Notes under the pieces: model-generated | The model's input: only the letters and a program-made list of their open reading frames with translations | The model's database searches: none | Told to the model about the DNA's origin: nothing | Shown: in pieces, positions 1-8,086 of the stretch | Layout of the letters: each line of letters starts with the position of its first letter | How positions within the stretch are numbered: the first letter of the stretch is position 1 | Translations under genes and position numbers: made by a program | IMG/VR virus record: IMGVR_UViG_3300032046_000010 | Span: 29,063-93,062 of that record | Length of the DNA: 64,000 bases | Source of the DNA: a virus | Direction: 5' to 3' (one strand)

Positions 1-198
1 GCCGGTCTTTGGGCCTTTCTGCTGTGAAGGCTCCGGCTTGGACTCCGGTACAGGCACCAACCACTCAACAGCATCCTGCGTGGAAGCATCCACTTCCTGC
101 GTGGGCTTCGGCTCCGGGTCAGGCCGCGCTTCCGGCTCCGGCTCCGCCTTGGGAGCCTGACCGCTGTAGCGCTGCCGTACCTCATCAAGCGTCGGCAT
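1..198 (-). CDS. Hypothetical protein, 5' part only (runs off the window edge); starts MPTLDEVRQRYSGQAPKAEPEPE
   Basis: ATG at 196-198 overlaps the kinase stop (TGATG); frame is open to the window end; N-terminus resembles the 8087..8725 protein. Confidence 0.7.
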   Translation of the reverse strand, partial: MPTLDEVRQRYSGQAPKAEPEPEARPDPEPKPTQEVDASTQDAVEWLVPVPESKPEPSQQKGPKTG

Positions 199-818
199 CA
201 GCCCACCGCCAGCAGTTCCTTGGCTCGTTGAAGGGTCGCAGACCGATCCAGGCCTGTCGTGTCCAGTCTGTAGACCTCCAAGCCCTCGACCCACGATACA
301 GCCTCACAACACTTGGAGATCAGCTCAGCCTCCCTCGACATCCACCCCTTCAAGCTCAACCCCATCTCTTCAGCACGCCCCAAGATGCGCGCTGGGAAGA
401 TCCTGTCGCCCGTCCGCTCCATCCTCTTGTTGAGGTCACAGACCAGTTCCAGAACAACTCCATGCGCATCCCGCAACATCCGACCCCAGACGGCTGCGAC
501 CTCCCCGCCTTGCCCCTCCGGCAAACAAGTGAACACATGATCCAGATCCATCGCATTGTAGGCAAGCGCTGAAGGCATCCCACGGTCACAGATCACGTCC
601 GGCCGGAGCGCCCGAAACACGTCCATCTGGAACATGTCCTCGACCCACGTGTTGACCGGGAACACGGAGTGGATGCTGACCGGAAGGATGGAGCCGGGGG
701 TGTGGTCGTCGCCGTCGCGTCTGAAGCTGCGGTACAACGGGCGGTTGATGTCCTTGGACAGCGCTTTCCCCAGCGTGGTCTTGCCGGTCCCGATGCCGCC
801 TTCCAACACGATGATCAT
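198..818 (-). CDS. Deoxynucleoside monophosphate (thymidylate-type) kinase
   Basis: IIVLEGGIGTGKTT P-loop and VICDR motif of the dTMP/dNK kinase family; ATGA overlap with the upstream gene fixes the start at 818. Confidence 0.85.
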   Translation of the reverse strand: MIIVLEGGIGTGKTTLGKALSKDINRPLYRSFRRDGDDHTPGSILPVSIHSVFPVNTWVEDMFQMDVFRALRPDVICDRGMPSALAYNAMDLDHVFTCLPEGQGGEVAAVWGRMLRDAHGVVLELVCDLNKRMERTGDRIFPARILGRAEEMGLSLKGWMSREAELISKCCEAVSWVEGLEVYRLDTTGLDRSATLQRAKELLAVG

Positions 819-2083
819 GGCTGGCCTCCGAAACAACGCGATGCCGCCCGGTCCAGTCTGGCCAAGGCTTGCTCCATCAACTCCGGCGGTGAGTTGAGTG
901 GTGGACAGATGCGGAGCGGCCGGTGAGGCAGATGCGCCATCAACAGCAGTCCTTCCTCCATCGCCCGATCACGGAAGGCAAAGGCATCGCTGTCTCCCCA
1001 CTTCGGCGTCAGCGACCAGACCAACCCGGTCCCTTCCGCCTTGTCCACCCAACGGCGACAAGCGAAGCCGTTGCGCAGAATGGTCTCACAGTTGCGCACG
1101 TTCTCCAACACTCCGCGTTCCAAGCCGTCGATCAGCCAGTTGATGAGGTAGCCCGCCAACAGGTTCCCGCCGAACGTGCTGAAGTGGGTCCCGGGCTCAA
1201 AGCCCTTGGATGCTTCCTCCGTCGCCAAGCAAGCTCCGGCCGGGATGCCCATCGCCAACCCCTTGGCCAACGTGAGGATGTCCGGCTTGAACCGCTCGCC
1301 GCTCACGTCGGTGACAGCCGGGTTCATCCAAGCACACGGATAGCCGGTGCGCCCCATCCCCGACTGAACTTCATCGAAGATCACCAGGAACCCGTGCTTG
1401 GCCCGAAGCTCCGACAACCTGGACCAAAACACGGGGCCGTAGAAGCGCATCTGGTTGTGCGTCAGAACCGGAGACATGATGAGCGCCGCAATATCGGGCC
1501 AGTTGATGAGGAATCTCGCATCCGAAGGAACCTCAGACGGTGTGGTGTGTAGATGGTATGTTTCCAAGTCCTGTTCGGCCATGTAGAATCCAGACGCAAA
1601 CGGACCAAATCCCTGCTTGTAGTACGGCGTGGCGTTGGTCTGTGTGGCAGCGAGACTGAACCCTGTGCGACCGTGAAGTTGATCTGGCAATGACAAAATC
1701 ACCTTGCGCCCTGGCTCCCCCTTGATATGGTGATAGCGCCTCGCCAGCTTGATGGCGGCTTCATTGGCCTCCGTCCCGCTGTTCGCAAAGAACACACGGT
1801 CCATGCCGCAGAACGCCGTCAGCCGGTCGGCCGTCGCCGTCCGTTCCGGCACGTTGTACCCGTTGGACACATGGACAGCCTGGGTGCTGTTGACCATGAA
1901 ACACTCGATGGCACGCCTGAGATCCGTGTGCCCCAGCGAGGCCACTCCGCCATCACACCACAGGTCGAAGTATTGCCGGCCGTCCCGGTCGATCAGGAAC
2001 CCATCAGCCGCGCCTTCGATGGTGGGCTCCAACGGCGGGAGCGAAGTGCGGATCAACGACCTGGGGTCAGCCTTCCCGCCCAT
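815..2083 (-). CDS. Class-III PLP-dependent aminotransferase (acetylornithine/ornithine aminotransferase-like)
   Basis: Motifs FFANSGTEANEAAIKLAR, HGRT, FDEVQSGMGRTG, PDILTLAKG (PLP lysine), STFGGN and RICPPL; likely start MGGKADP just after the ThyX stop. Confidence 0.92.
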   Translation of the reverse strand: MGGKADPRSLIRTSLPPLEPTIEGAADGFLIDRDGRQYFDLWCDGGVASLGHTDLRRAIECFMVNSTQAVHVSNGYNVPERTATADRLTAFCGMDRVFFANSGTEANEAAIKLARRYHHIKGEPGRKVILSLPDQLHGRTGFSLAATQTNATPYYKQGFGPFASGFYMAEQDLETYHLHTTPSEVPSDARFLINWPDIAALIMSPVLTHNQMRFYGPVFWSRLSELRAKHGFLVIFDEVQSGMGRTGYPCAWMNPAVTDVSGERFKPDILTLAKGLAMGIPAGACLATEEASKGFEPGTHFSTFGGNLLAGYLINWLIDGLERGVLENVRNCETILRNGFACRRWVDKAEGTGLVWSLTPKWGDSDAFAFRDRAMEEGLLLMAHLPHRPLRICPPLNSPPELMEQALARLDRAASRCFGGQP

Positions 2084-2087
2084 GACA

Positions 2088-3053
2088 TCATTCTCCCTTC
2101 GGCTTGGACCAACGGAACGGGTCGTGCCCCCACAGTTCCGCGTAGCCTGCGATGCGATCAACCGTGTCCTGATCCCCAGTCACTTCCCCGATCAGGTCGC
2201 CGTCCGGCTGGCGTCCGTGGTTCTCACAGTCGGCCACGAGGTACAGCGGGCAGGGCGCATGAGCATCCGACCCGTCGATGCGTCGCTGGTTCTCCAGGCG
2301 GTAGACGCAAGCGTTGAAGGTGTCGGTCAGCTTGTCCACGCACGGTGGTGCGATGACCCGCCGGAACAGTGGGTCCACCTTGCGCTCCAGCTCAGCAACG
2401 ATACCACGGATGATGGGTCCCCACAGACCGTATTGCAGGATCCAGCAGGACCGCTCCCCGATGATGTGGAGCAGAGCCGCCAGGTTGAGCGACCATGAGA
2501 TGCGGTGCGTGGCCCCCAACGGGATCACGTCCCTGGCATCCTCCATCGGCACGCCCGCCTCGACCAGTGCGTTGTAGGACCGCTCCGCCGATGCCATCGC
2601 CTGTTCGAACAGCGCAGCCGCCTTCGGTCGTTGGAACACAGCATCGGCCGTCCTGTACTGCCCCTTCCTGGCGAACTCACCCATGCTCTGGATACGCATC
2701 GACTGCGACCAGAACCCGCTCTTGGCTAGGTCGGGCACGATGTCAAGTCCCATCCGCTCCGGCGAGGCGCAGACGCCGATGCGGTGACGCACCATCTGCT
2801 CACGGAAGGACACCGACACGTCCTCCAGCATGAACACGAACCCCACGTGCTCAGCGATGGGGATGCGCTGCTCCAGGATCTGGAGGAACAGAGCATCGAC
2901 CTCCCGCTTGAAGTCGGGGTCTTGGTTGCGCTTCAGTGCCAGCGCATCAGGCAGCATCAGCTGTTCCTCGCCCTTGCTGGCCTGCCAGACCGTGTAGATG
3001 GTCTCGACCGGGTTGCGGGTGCACGACAACAACGTCGCCTTGGGGTCGCTCAT
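2088..3053 (-). CDS. thyX: Flavin-dependent thymidylate synthase ThyX-like protein (divergent)
   Basis: AEHVGFVF, QMVRHR...SQSMR, VPMEDARDVIP and WSLNLAAL follow the ThyX motif order; about 20-aa insertion after RHR. Confidence 0.88.
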   Translation of the reverse strand: MSDPKATLLSCTRNPVETIYTVWQASKGEEQLMLPDALALKRNQDPDFKREVDALFLQILEQRIPIAEHVGFVFMLEDVSVSFREQMVRHRIGVCASPERMGLDIVPDLAKSGFWSQSMRIQSMGEFARKGQYRTADAVFQRPKAAALFEQAMASAERSYNALVEAGVPMEDARDVIPLGATHRISWSLNLAALLHIIGERSCWILQYGLWGPIIRGIVAELERKVDPLFRRVIAPPCVDKLTDTFNACVYRLENQRRIDGSDAHAPCPLYLVADCENHGRQPDGDLIGEVTGDQDTVDRIAGYAELWGHDPFRWSKPKGE

Positions 3054-4021
3054 CCTTCCACCTTCCTGTACTTGTCCTTGATGGCCTGCTCTGCCCTTCT
3101 GGCGACGATGCGCAGGACATCAACCCAGTCCCTCGCCCGCTCGATGTTCGAGCCGTCCGCCAGCCCTTGGTTGTTGGGCTGGTCGAACATGATGGTGTGG
3201 ACACCGTGTCTGGACAGTTCCCAGACCTCACGAGGCATGTCGTCCACGGCCGCGATCACCGTCGCCGGAGCTATGCGTCTGGTGATGGCGTCCCACTTGT
3301 CGTGATCGAACAGCAGCAAGTCCCGCTGGAACCCGTGCTCATCCAACCAGTCCGTCGTGTCGAGGTACAAGCGGGGGTACTCACGCACCGGCCGCGCCGT
3401 CAACACCACGACCTTGACACCCAGTTCACGTATCAATGCGATGGCATCCGCCGCTCCAGGGATAGGCTTGAGCTTCCGCAACGCTCCGGTCTGGTACAAC
3501 TCACGCCTGTGATCCAAGTAGGCTTGCGCCTTCGCAGAATCGCCCTCCGGCACCGGGCCGATCATGCCTTGTGTCGCCGGGTCGCCCAGGAAGTCGGCCA
3601 ACACACCATCCAAGTCGGTGACGAACACCAGCGTGCCCTCGCGCAGCTTGACCTGCTCTGCCTCCCACCGTTGGGCAACCGTCCGCGTCTTGGCGTGGAA
3701 GCCCTCACACCATTCACAACCCTGGATGCCGCAGGTCAGCAACACAGCGATGATGTACTTGAACGTGTCCACTGCTTCCTCAATCACCCGCTCCCGGTCA
3801 GCCGGTCGGGCAGAGGCCAACAAATGGTAGCGTGATCGGTCGGTGGCCTTCTGAAGCTCCGCCAGTTCCTCGTGCGCTCCCAACAGCAAATCCTTGATCA
3901 GCAATGCCCGCTGGTCCGGGTCCAGCTGTGCCGCATCGTGCCACAGACGCTGTTGTTCTGCTTGCGCTGCCCATAGCTTCAGGATGGGGCAATCGTCGCC
4001 TACCTTCAAGTCACAGGCCAT
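3050..4021 (-). CDS. MazG/all-alpha dNTP pyrophosphatase fused to a HAD 5'(3')-deoxynucleotidase-like domain
   Basis: N-terminal EELAEL...EEAVD metal-binding motif; C-terminal HAD motifs DLDGVLAD, LTARP, K and AVDD. Confidence 0.85.
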   Translation of the reverse strand: MACDLKVGDDCPILKLWAAQAEQQRLWHDAAQLDPDQRALLIKDLLLGAHEELAELQKATDRSRYHLLASARPADRERVIEEAVDTFKYIIAVLLTCGIQGCEWCEGFHAKTRTVAQRWEAEQVKLREGTLVFVTDLDGVLADFLGDPATQGMIGPVPEGDSAKAQAYLDHRRELYQTGALRKLKPIPGAADAIALIRELGVKVVVLTARPVREYPRLYLDTTDWLDEHGFQRDLLLFDHDKWDAITRRIAPATVIAAVDDMPREVWELSRHGVHTIMFDQPNNQGLADGSNIERARDWVDVLRIVARRAEQAIKDKYRKVEG

Positions 4022-4988
4022 TCGCCGCCCTCCACCGCTCCGCCCGCTCCAACGCCTTGTCCATCGTCATCCGGGGGTCCCATTGAGCGAACCGGCCCAA
4101 CACCAACACGTTGGACGGATGCTGGAACACCGGAACCTCCCCGAACACATGAGCGGTGCGGATGTATCGCGGCTTGCCGACAATGCTGGCGTCGGAGCCG
4201 AACACAGAGTTCACGTCCAACATCAGCGCCCGCTCCGACACACCTTCAGCGTTGTAGGCTCCGTCTGGCAGCGGTGACAAGCGATACAGGGAGTTGCCCG
4301 GCGTGTACGGCGTGTACACGAAGTCCCAGTCCACGAAGTCCCGACAGGATGGCGCTTCAACCCTCGCCATGTAGGCGTCTGAAGCATGGAGCGGAACCGG
4401 CGAACGGATGCCCAGCATCGACAACGTCAGTGGTAGCGGCAGCGTCCAGACCAGATGGCTGTACTCCAAGTGTTCCTGGTCGTCGCCGCTCAGGGCCGAC
4501 CGGCGAACGTCCAGTGTGTTCGCTCCTGGGTACCAAGCCACAACTCCCTTGCGCAACACCTTGACTCGGTCCTCCACAGCCCGCCCCAACGCTCCCACGG
4601 ACACCATGTACCGCTGCGGGCCTGCTTGCCCGCCCTCGTTCATCGCTGTGTCGTGGAACCCATAGGTGGTCCGGCGAGTCTTGGTGTAGTGGTGAAGCAC
4701 AAACTGGCGCAACGGTTCCTTCCCGAAGTGGTCGGCCGCAGCCTTGAATGAGTACACACGCCCCTTCAGATACAGGCCAGAACGCACAGCCCGCTGCTCA
4801 CATCGGATACCCCAGACCTTGAAAGTGCTGTCGAACAGTTCTGACTGATGGATGTAGAACAGCCCGCCTCCGCCGGGGTTGCCCCCGGTTCCAAGCGGGT
4901 CGATGACAGTGACCTCGTGGTGTTTGGCCAGCACCAGAGCCGCTGCGACTCCGGCCGGGCCTCCGCCCACGATGATGATCGGCTTCAT
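4011..4988 (-). CDS. FAD/NAD(P)-binding oxidoreductase
   Basis: N-terminal IIIVGGGPAG Rossmann motif; LVWTLPL; C-terminal LGRFAQW FAD-binding motif typical of UGM/HemY-like flavoproteins. Confidence 0.82.
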   Translation of the reverse strand: MKPIIIVGGGPAGVAAALVLAKHHEVTVIDPLGTGGNPGGGGLFYIHQSELFDSTFKVWGIRCEQRAVRSGLYLKGRVYSFKAAADHFGKEPLRQFVLHHYTKTRRTTYGFHDTAMNEGGQAGPQRYMVSVGALGRAVEDRVKVLRKGVVAWYPGANTLDVRRSALSGDDQEHLEYSHLVWTLPLPLTLSMLGIRSPVPLHASDAYMARVEAPSCRDFVDWDFVYTPYTPGNSLYRLSPLPDGAYNAEGVSERALMLDVNSVFGSDASIVGKPRYIRTAHVFGEVPVFQHPSNVLVLGRFAQWDPRMTMDKALERAERWRAANGL

Positions 4989-6097
4989 GGCGGGGCCTCC
5001 AACGGTGGCGGCTGGTTGCGTGGCGGGGGCATCTCCAGGATGCCTTCACGCATCATCCGCCCGATCAGCTTGGCAGCCGCTCGGGCAAGGTCGGGAGTCC
5101 GCACGCCTCGCCAAGCAACCGGCATCGCCGGGTCCGTCAACTGCTTCAGCTTGGCTCCCGGTAGCGCCAAAGCCTTGTCCCAAGTGGTGCTGAACGCGAT
5201 GTCCAACCGCTTGGCCAGAGGCTTCAGCTTGATCACGCAGACCTTGGCATAATGGCCGCTCGTGGCGATGTACACAGTGATGTAGTTTGACTTGTCAGTC
5301 ACACGGTTGACGAACACGTCGCCCGGGAGCGCCCCGCTGCGCTTGGCCTTCCAATCGTACCCCAACCTGAACAGAGACAACTGGAGCCGCTTCAGGAAAG
5401 CATCGACCAGCGGTTCAAGGTCGCTGAACCGCCCTGGATCGGTCGGCCGCTTCCGCTTCTCACGCTTCACCAACTTGGCCACCAGCGTGCCCTTGGCCTT
5501 CCCGGTCGCCTTCGGAACCACGATGGCAGGTGGCGTGATCTTGTTGATGTACTTCCGCTCGATGTCGGCCAGTTCCACGTTGAGCGCATGAGGGTCCGTC
5601 CGCTCATCCATGAACCGCTCCGCCGTCAAGGAGTGTTCCATCAGGTACAGCTTCAGCGAGTAGCAGCGCGCACGCCAAGTACAAGCCGACTCGACATGCC
5701 CAGACGCCTTGTTGTAGCCTCCGTCGCAGGTCGAACAGTGGTCATGGTAGCCCAGGCACTCAGGTACGGTCACCGTCATCCGCGCCTCCTGCTGCGGGAA
5801 GCCTACGTCATCAATCCACGGGATGGGAATCGAATCTTCAATGCCGTCATTGCCCCTTACCCTGAACTCATCCCAGCACACCTGGCCGACCATCACCAAC
5901 GTTGAAGCCCACCCGGCATCCCCGTCGCTCACGAACGCCACTTGGCCCCAACAGTAGCGTTCTGTGTTGATCGTCCGCTTCCCATCCTTCCATGAGGCCC
6001 ATCCGCCGGGCATCGGCTTCGGGCCTAGACTGTGACGCCGGATGATGCGGGACACGAACCTGAAGTCCAGAGGCTTGATGGACTCGTGGATTGCCAT
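4985..6097 (-). CDS. Hypothetical protein with a Cys cluster
   Basis: Start MAIHESIK just after the sigma stop; CLGYHDHCSTCDGG...ACTWRARC; ATGA coupling to the downstream gene. Confidence 0.65.
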   Translation of the reverse strand: MAIHESIKPLDFRFVSRIIRRHSLGPKPMPGGWASWKDGKRTINTERYCWGQVAFVSDGDAGWASTLVMVGQVCWDEFRVRGNDGIEDSIPIPWIDDVGFPQQEARMTVTVPECLGYHDHCSTCDGGYNKASGHVESACTWRARCYSLKLYLMEHSLTAERFMDERTDPHALNVELADIERKYINKITPPAIVVPKATGKAKGTLVAKLVKREKRKRPTDPGRFSDLEPLVDAFLKRLQLSLFRLGYDWKAKRSGALPGDVFVNRVTDKSNYITVYIATSGHYAKVCVIKLKPLAKRLDIAFSTTWDKALALPGAKLKQLTDPAMPVAWRGVRTPDLARAAAKLIGRMMREGILEMPPPRNQPPPLEAPP

Positions 6098-6098
6098 C

Positions 6099-6767
6099 TC
6101 AAGCCTCCCGCAAAACCTGACGAGCACGTGCCAGAGCGGACTTGACCCTGGCGGCCGGGATGCCCAGATGTTCCGCCAACATGTTCTCGGTGATGATCGG
6201 CTTCCCGGGTCGAACGTTGCGAGCCATGATCTCCAGTTCAGGTGGAGGACACAACCGTGCAGACAACACCAGCCGGTCCACCTCATCCAACCGCTGGATG
6301 ATGCGCTCGGTGACCCAGGCCTGCTGCTCATGTTCCTGGGTAGCTTCCAAACAGGCTGGGTCCGTCACGTCAGCATCGTTTTCCGCTGTGGAGCCGAACC
6401 CGGCCAAGCGCTGGTGCTTGGGAGACACACCATCGCCTTCATCGATGCGTGGTGCTCGTTTCAGCGCCAGTTCGTAGTTGACGATGGCCAACAGCGCGTT
6501 GCGCACAACCAGGTCAACCCAAGTGCGGAGTGCCCGGCCGCGCTCCGGCTTGTGCGTGGCCACGGCATAGATGGCGGCGATGCGAGCCTCTTGAAGCAGT
6601 TCAAAATGGTTCAAACCTGGGATGCGCTTGAACGGACGCGCCTTGGCATGGATCACGTCCTCCAGTTGAGGCAACAGCTTCGCCAGCGTCGGCTTCAACT
6701 CGTCAGGGCATGTCCAGCCTGTAGGAACGATATGCGGTGCCACCCATCCCTCCTGTCCCCATCCCAA
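6099..6767 (-). CDS. RNA polymerase sigma-70 family factor
   Basis: Region-2-like ELLQEARIAAIYAVATHKPERGRALRTWV and region-4 HTH LAEHLGIPAARVKSALARAR; true start may be the GTG near 6743 after AGGAGG. Confidence 0.85.
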   Translation of the reverse strand: MGWGQEGWVAPHIVPTGWTCPDELKPTLAKLLPQLEDVIHAKARPFKRIPGLNHFELLQEARIAAIYAVATHKPERGRALRTWVDLVVRNALLAIVNYELALKRAPRIDEGDGVSPKHQRLAGFGSTAENDADVTDPACLEATQEHEQQAWVTERIIQRLDEVDRLVLSARLCPPPELEIMARNVRPGKPIITENMLAEHLGIPAARVKSALARARQVLREA

Positions 6768-6824
6768 CGCCCGCCTGCTCCCTCTGAAGCAACCGGGCGC
6801 TGAGTCGGAACGGGAAGCCGGTGG

Positions 6825-8048
6825 CTACCAGTCCTTGACGCCCAGCTTGAGCATCCCCATGGTGATCCACTTGGTCACCAGGGCGCGCAGGCGCGGTTCG
6901 ATGGCCTCGACCACCTTGACGCGGATGGCTTCCTTGTTGCCCTGGACCTCCACCAGCGGCTTCTTGCCGCCGACCGGCTCCAGCTTGACGCTGGCTCCGG
7001 CCTTGATGGGCCGGACGGTGAGCAGGTGCGGCTTGCCGCCCATGTTCATCGTCGTGGTGTAGACGTTGCCCTTCACCACGCCGCCCTTCTCCGGCTTCGG
7101 CTCCGTGCTGCGGGGCCGTCCCGGGCCGCGCTTGGCGGGCTGCGCCGCCGGGGCGGGGGTTGCCGCCTTGGCCGCCGGGGTCGGCTTCGCGGCCGGGGTC
7201 GGCTTGGCCGCCGCCGGGGCGGGGGTCGGCTTCGCCGGGGTCGGCTTCGCCGGGGTCGGCTTCGCCGGGGTCGGCTTCGCCGCCACCTTGCTCTTGGTGT
7301 CCTGCTTGCCCTTCGTTCCCATGTTGTCCTCCTGGCCGTCATCGGCCGTGGTTGCGCCGTCGGCATCGCTGCCTTCGGCATCCTCCCCGTTCCCGTCGCC
7401 GTCGCCGGCATCATCGTCGGCATCGGCATCGGCATCGTCGTCGGCATCGTCGGGGTCGGGGTCCGGGTCCGGCTCCACGACCTTGGCCGGAGGCTTGCCG
7501 GTGCCCTTGGCCTTGGCCTTGGGCTGCTCCGGCTCCGGCTCGCCCGCGCCCGCGTCCGGCTCCGCCGTCGTGGCCTCCGGTTCCGCATCCGGCTCCGTGG
7601 CCTCCGGCTCCGTGGCCTCCGGCTCCGCCGTCGTGGTCGTCGCCTTGGCACCCTTCTTCACGATGATCTTCTTGCCCATGACGCCTTCCTCCTGTTGACG
7701 GGGTCCACCCGCCAGCTTCGTGGTCACCGGGATGTCCAACGCCTCCCGTGTGAACCGTTTGCCCACTTCGTGGAACCGGAAGATGAACAACCCGTCCATC
7801 CCCAGACCCACGCGCTTGATGATCTCCATCAGCTGGTCGTCGGTCGGCTCCGACTCCCGGCTGTCCAACACCACCACCGACTCCCGCTGCGTCTTGCTGT
7901 AGTAGCCCGCCGCGCAGAAGCTCCCTTCCAGCAACCCAGTGGTCTTGCCGTTCTGGAACACGCCAGTCACCAGCGACACCAACCACACGTCCGGTGCGAC
8001 GGGCTCAACCACCAGTTCCTTGCCGACATTGGGTTCGTATCCGATCAT
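6825..8048 (-). CDS. Low-complexity nucleoid-associated-like protein (acidic tract, AKPTP repeats, AT-hook)
   Basis: D/E-rich tract, (AKPTP)n and KRGPGRPRS AT-hook; strong GC3 codon pattern. Confidence 0.7.
   Translation of the reverse strand: MIGYEPNVGKELVVEPVAPDVWLVSLVTGVFQNGKTTGLLEGSFCAAGYYSKTQRESVVVLDSRESEPTDDQLMEIIKRVGLGMDGLFIFRFHEVGKRFTREALDIPVTTKLAGGPRQQEEGVMGKKIIVKKGAKATTTTAEPEATEPEATEPDAEPEATTAEPDAGAGEPEPEQPKAKAKGTGKPPAKVVEPDPDPDPDDADDDADADADDDAGDGDGNGEDAEGSDADGATTADDGQEDNMGTKGKQDTKSKVAAKPTPAKPTPAKPTPAKPTPAPAAAKPTPAAKPTPAAKAATPAPAAQPAKRGPGRPRSTEPKPEKGGVVKGNVYTTTMNMGGKPHLLTVRPIKAGASVKLEPVGGKKPLVEVQGNKEAIRVKVVEAIEPRLRALVTKWITMGMLKLGVKDW
7174..7282. repeat. 15-bp coding tandem repeat GCCGGGGTCGGCTTC (AKPTP units)
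   Basis: Directly visible tandem copies. Confidence 0.85.
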
Positions 8049-8086
8049 CCCGCACCGCCTAATCTAGTGACCCACCTTGGCTTCCA

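Noticed and set aside
815-2083. Plain argD auxiliary metabolic gene
   Set aside because: No other arginine genes, altered substrate motifs and nucleotide-operon context; not formally excluded.
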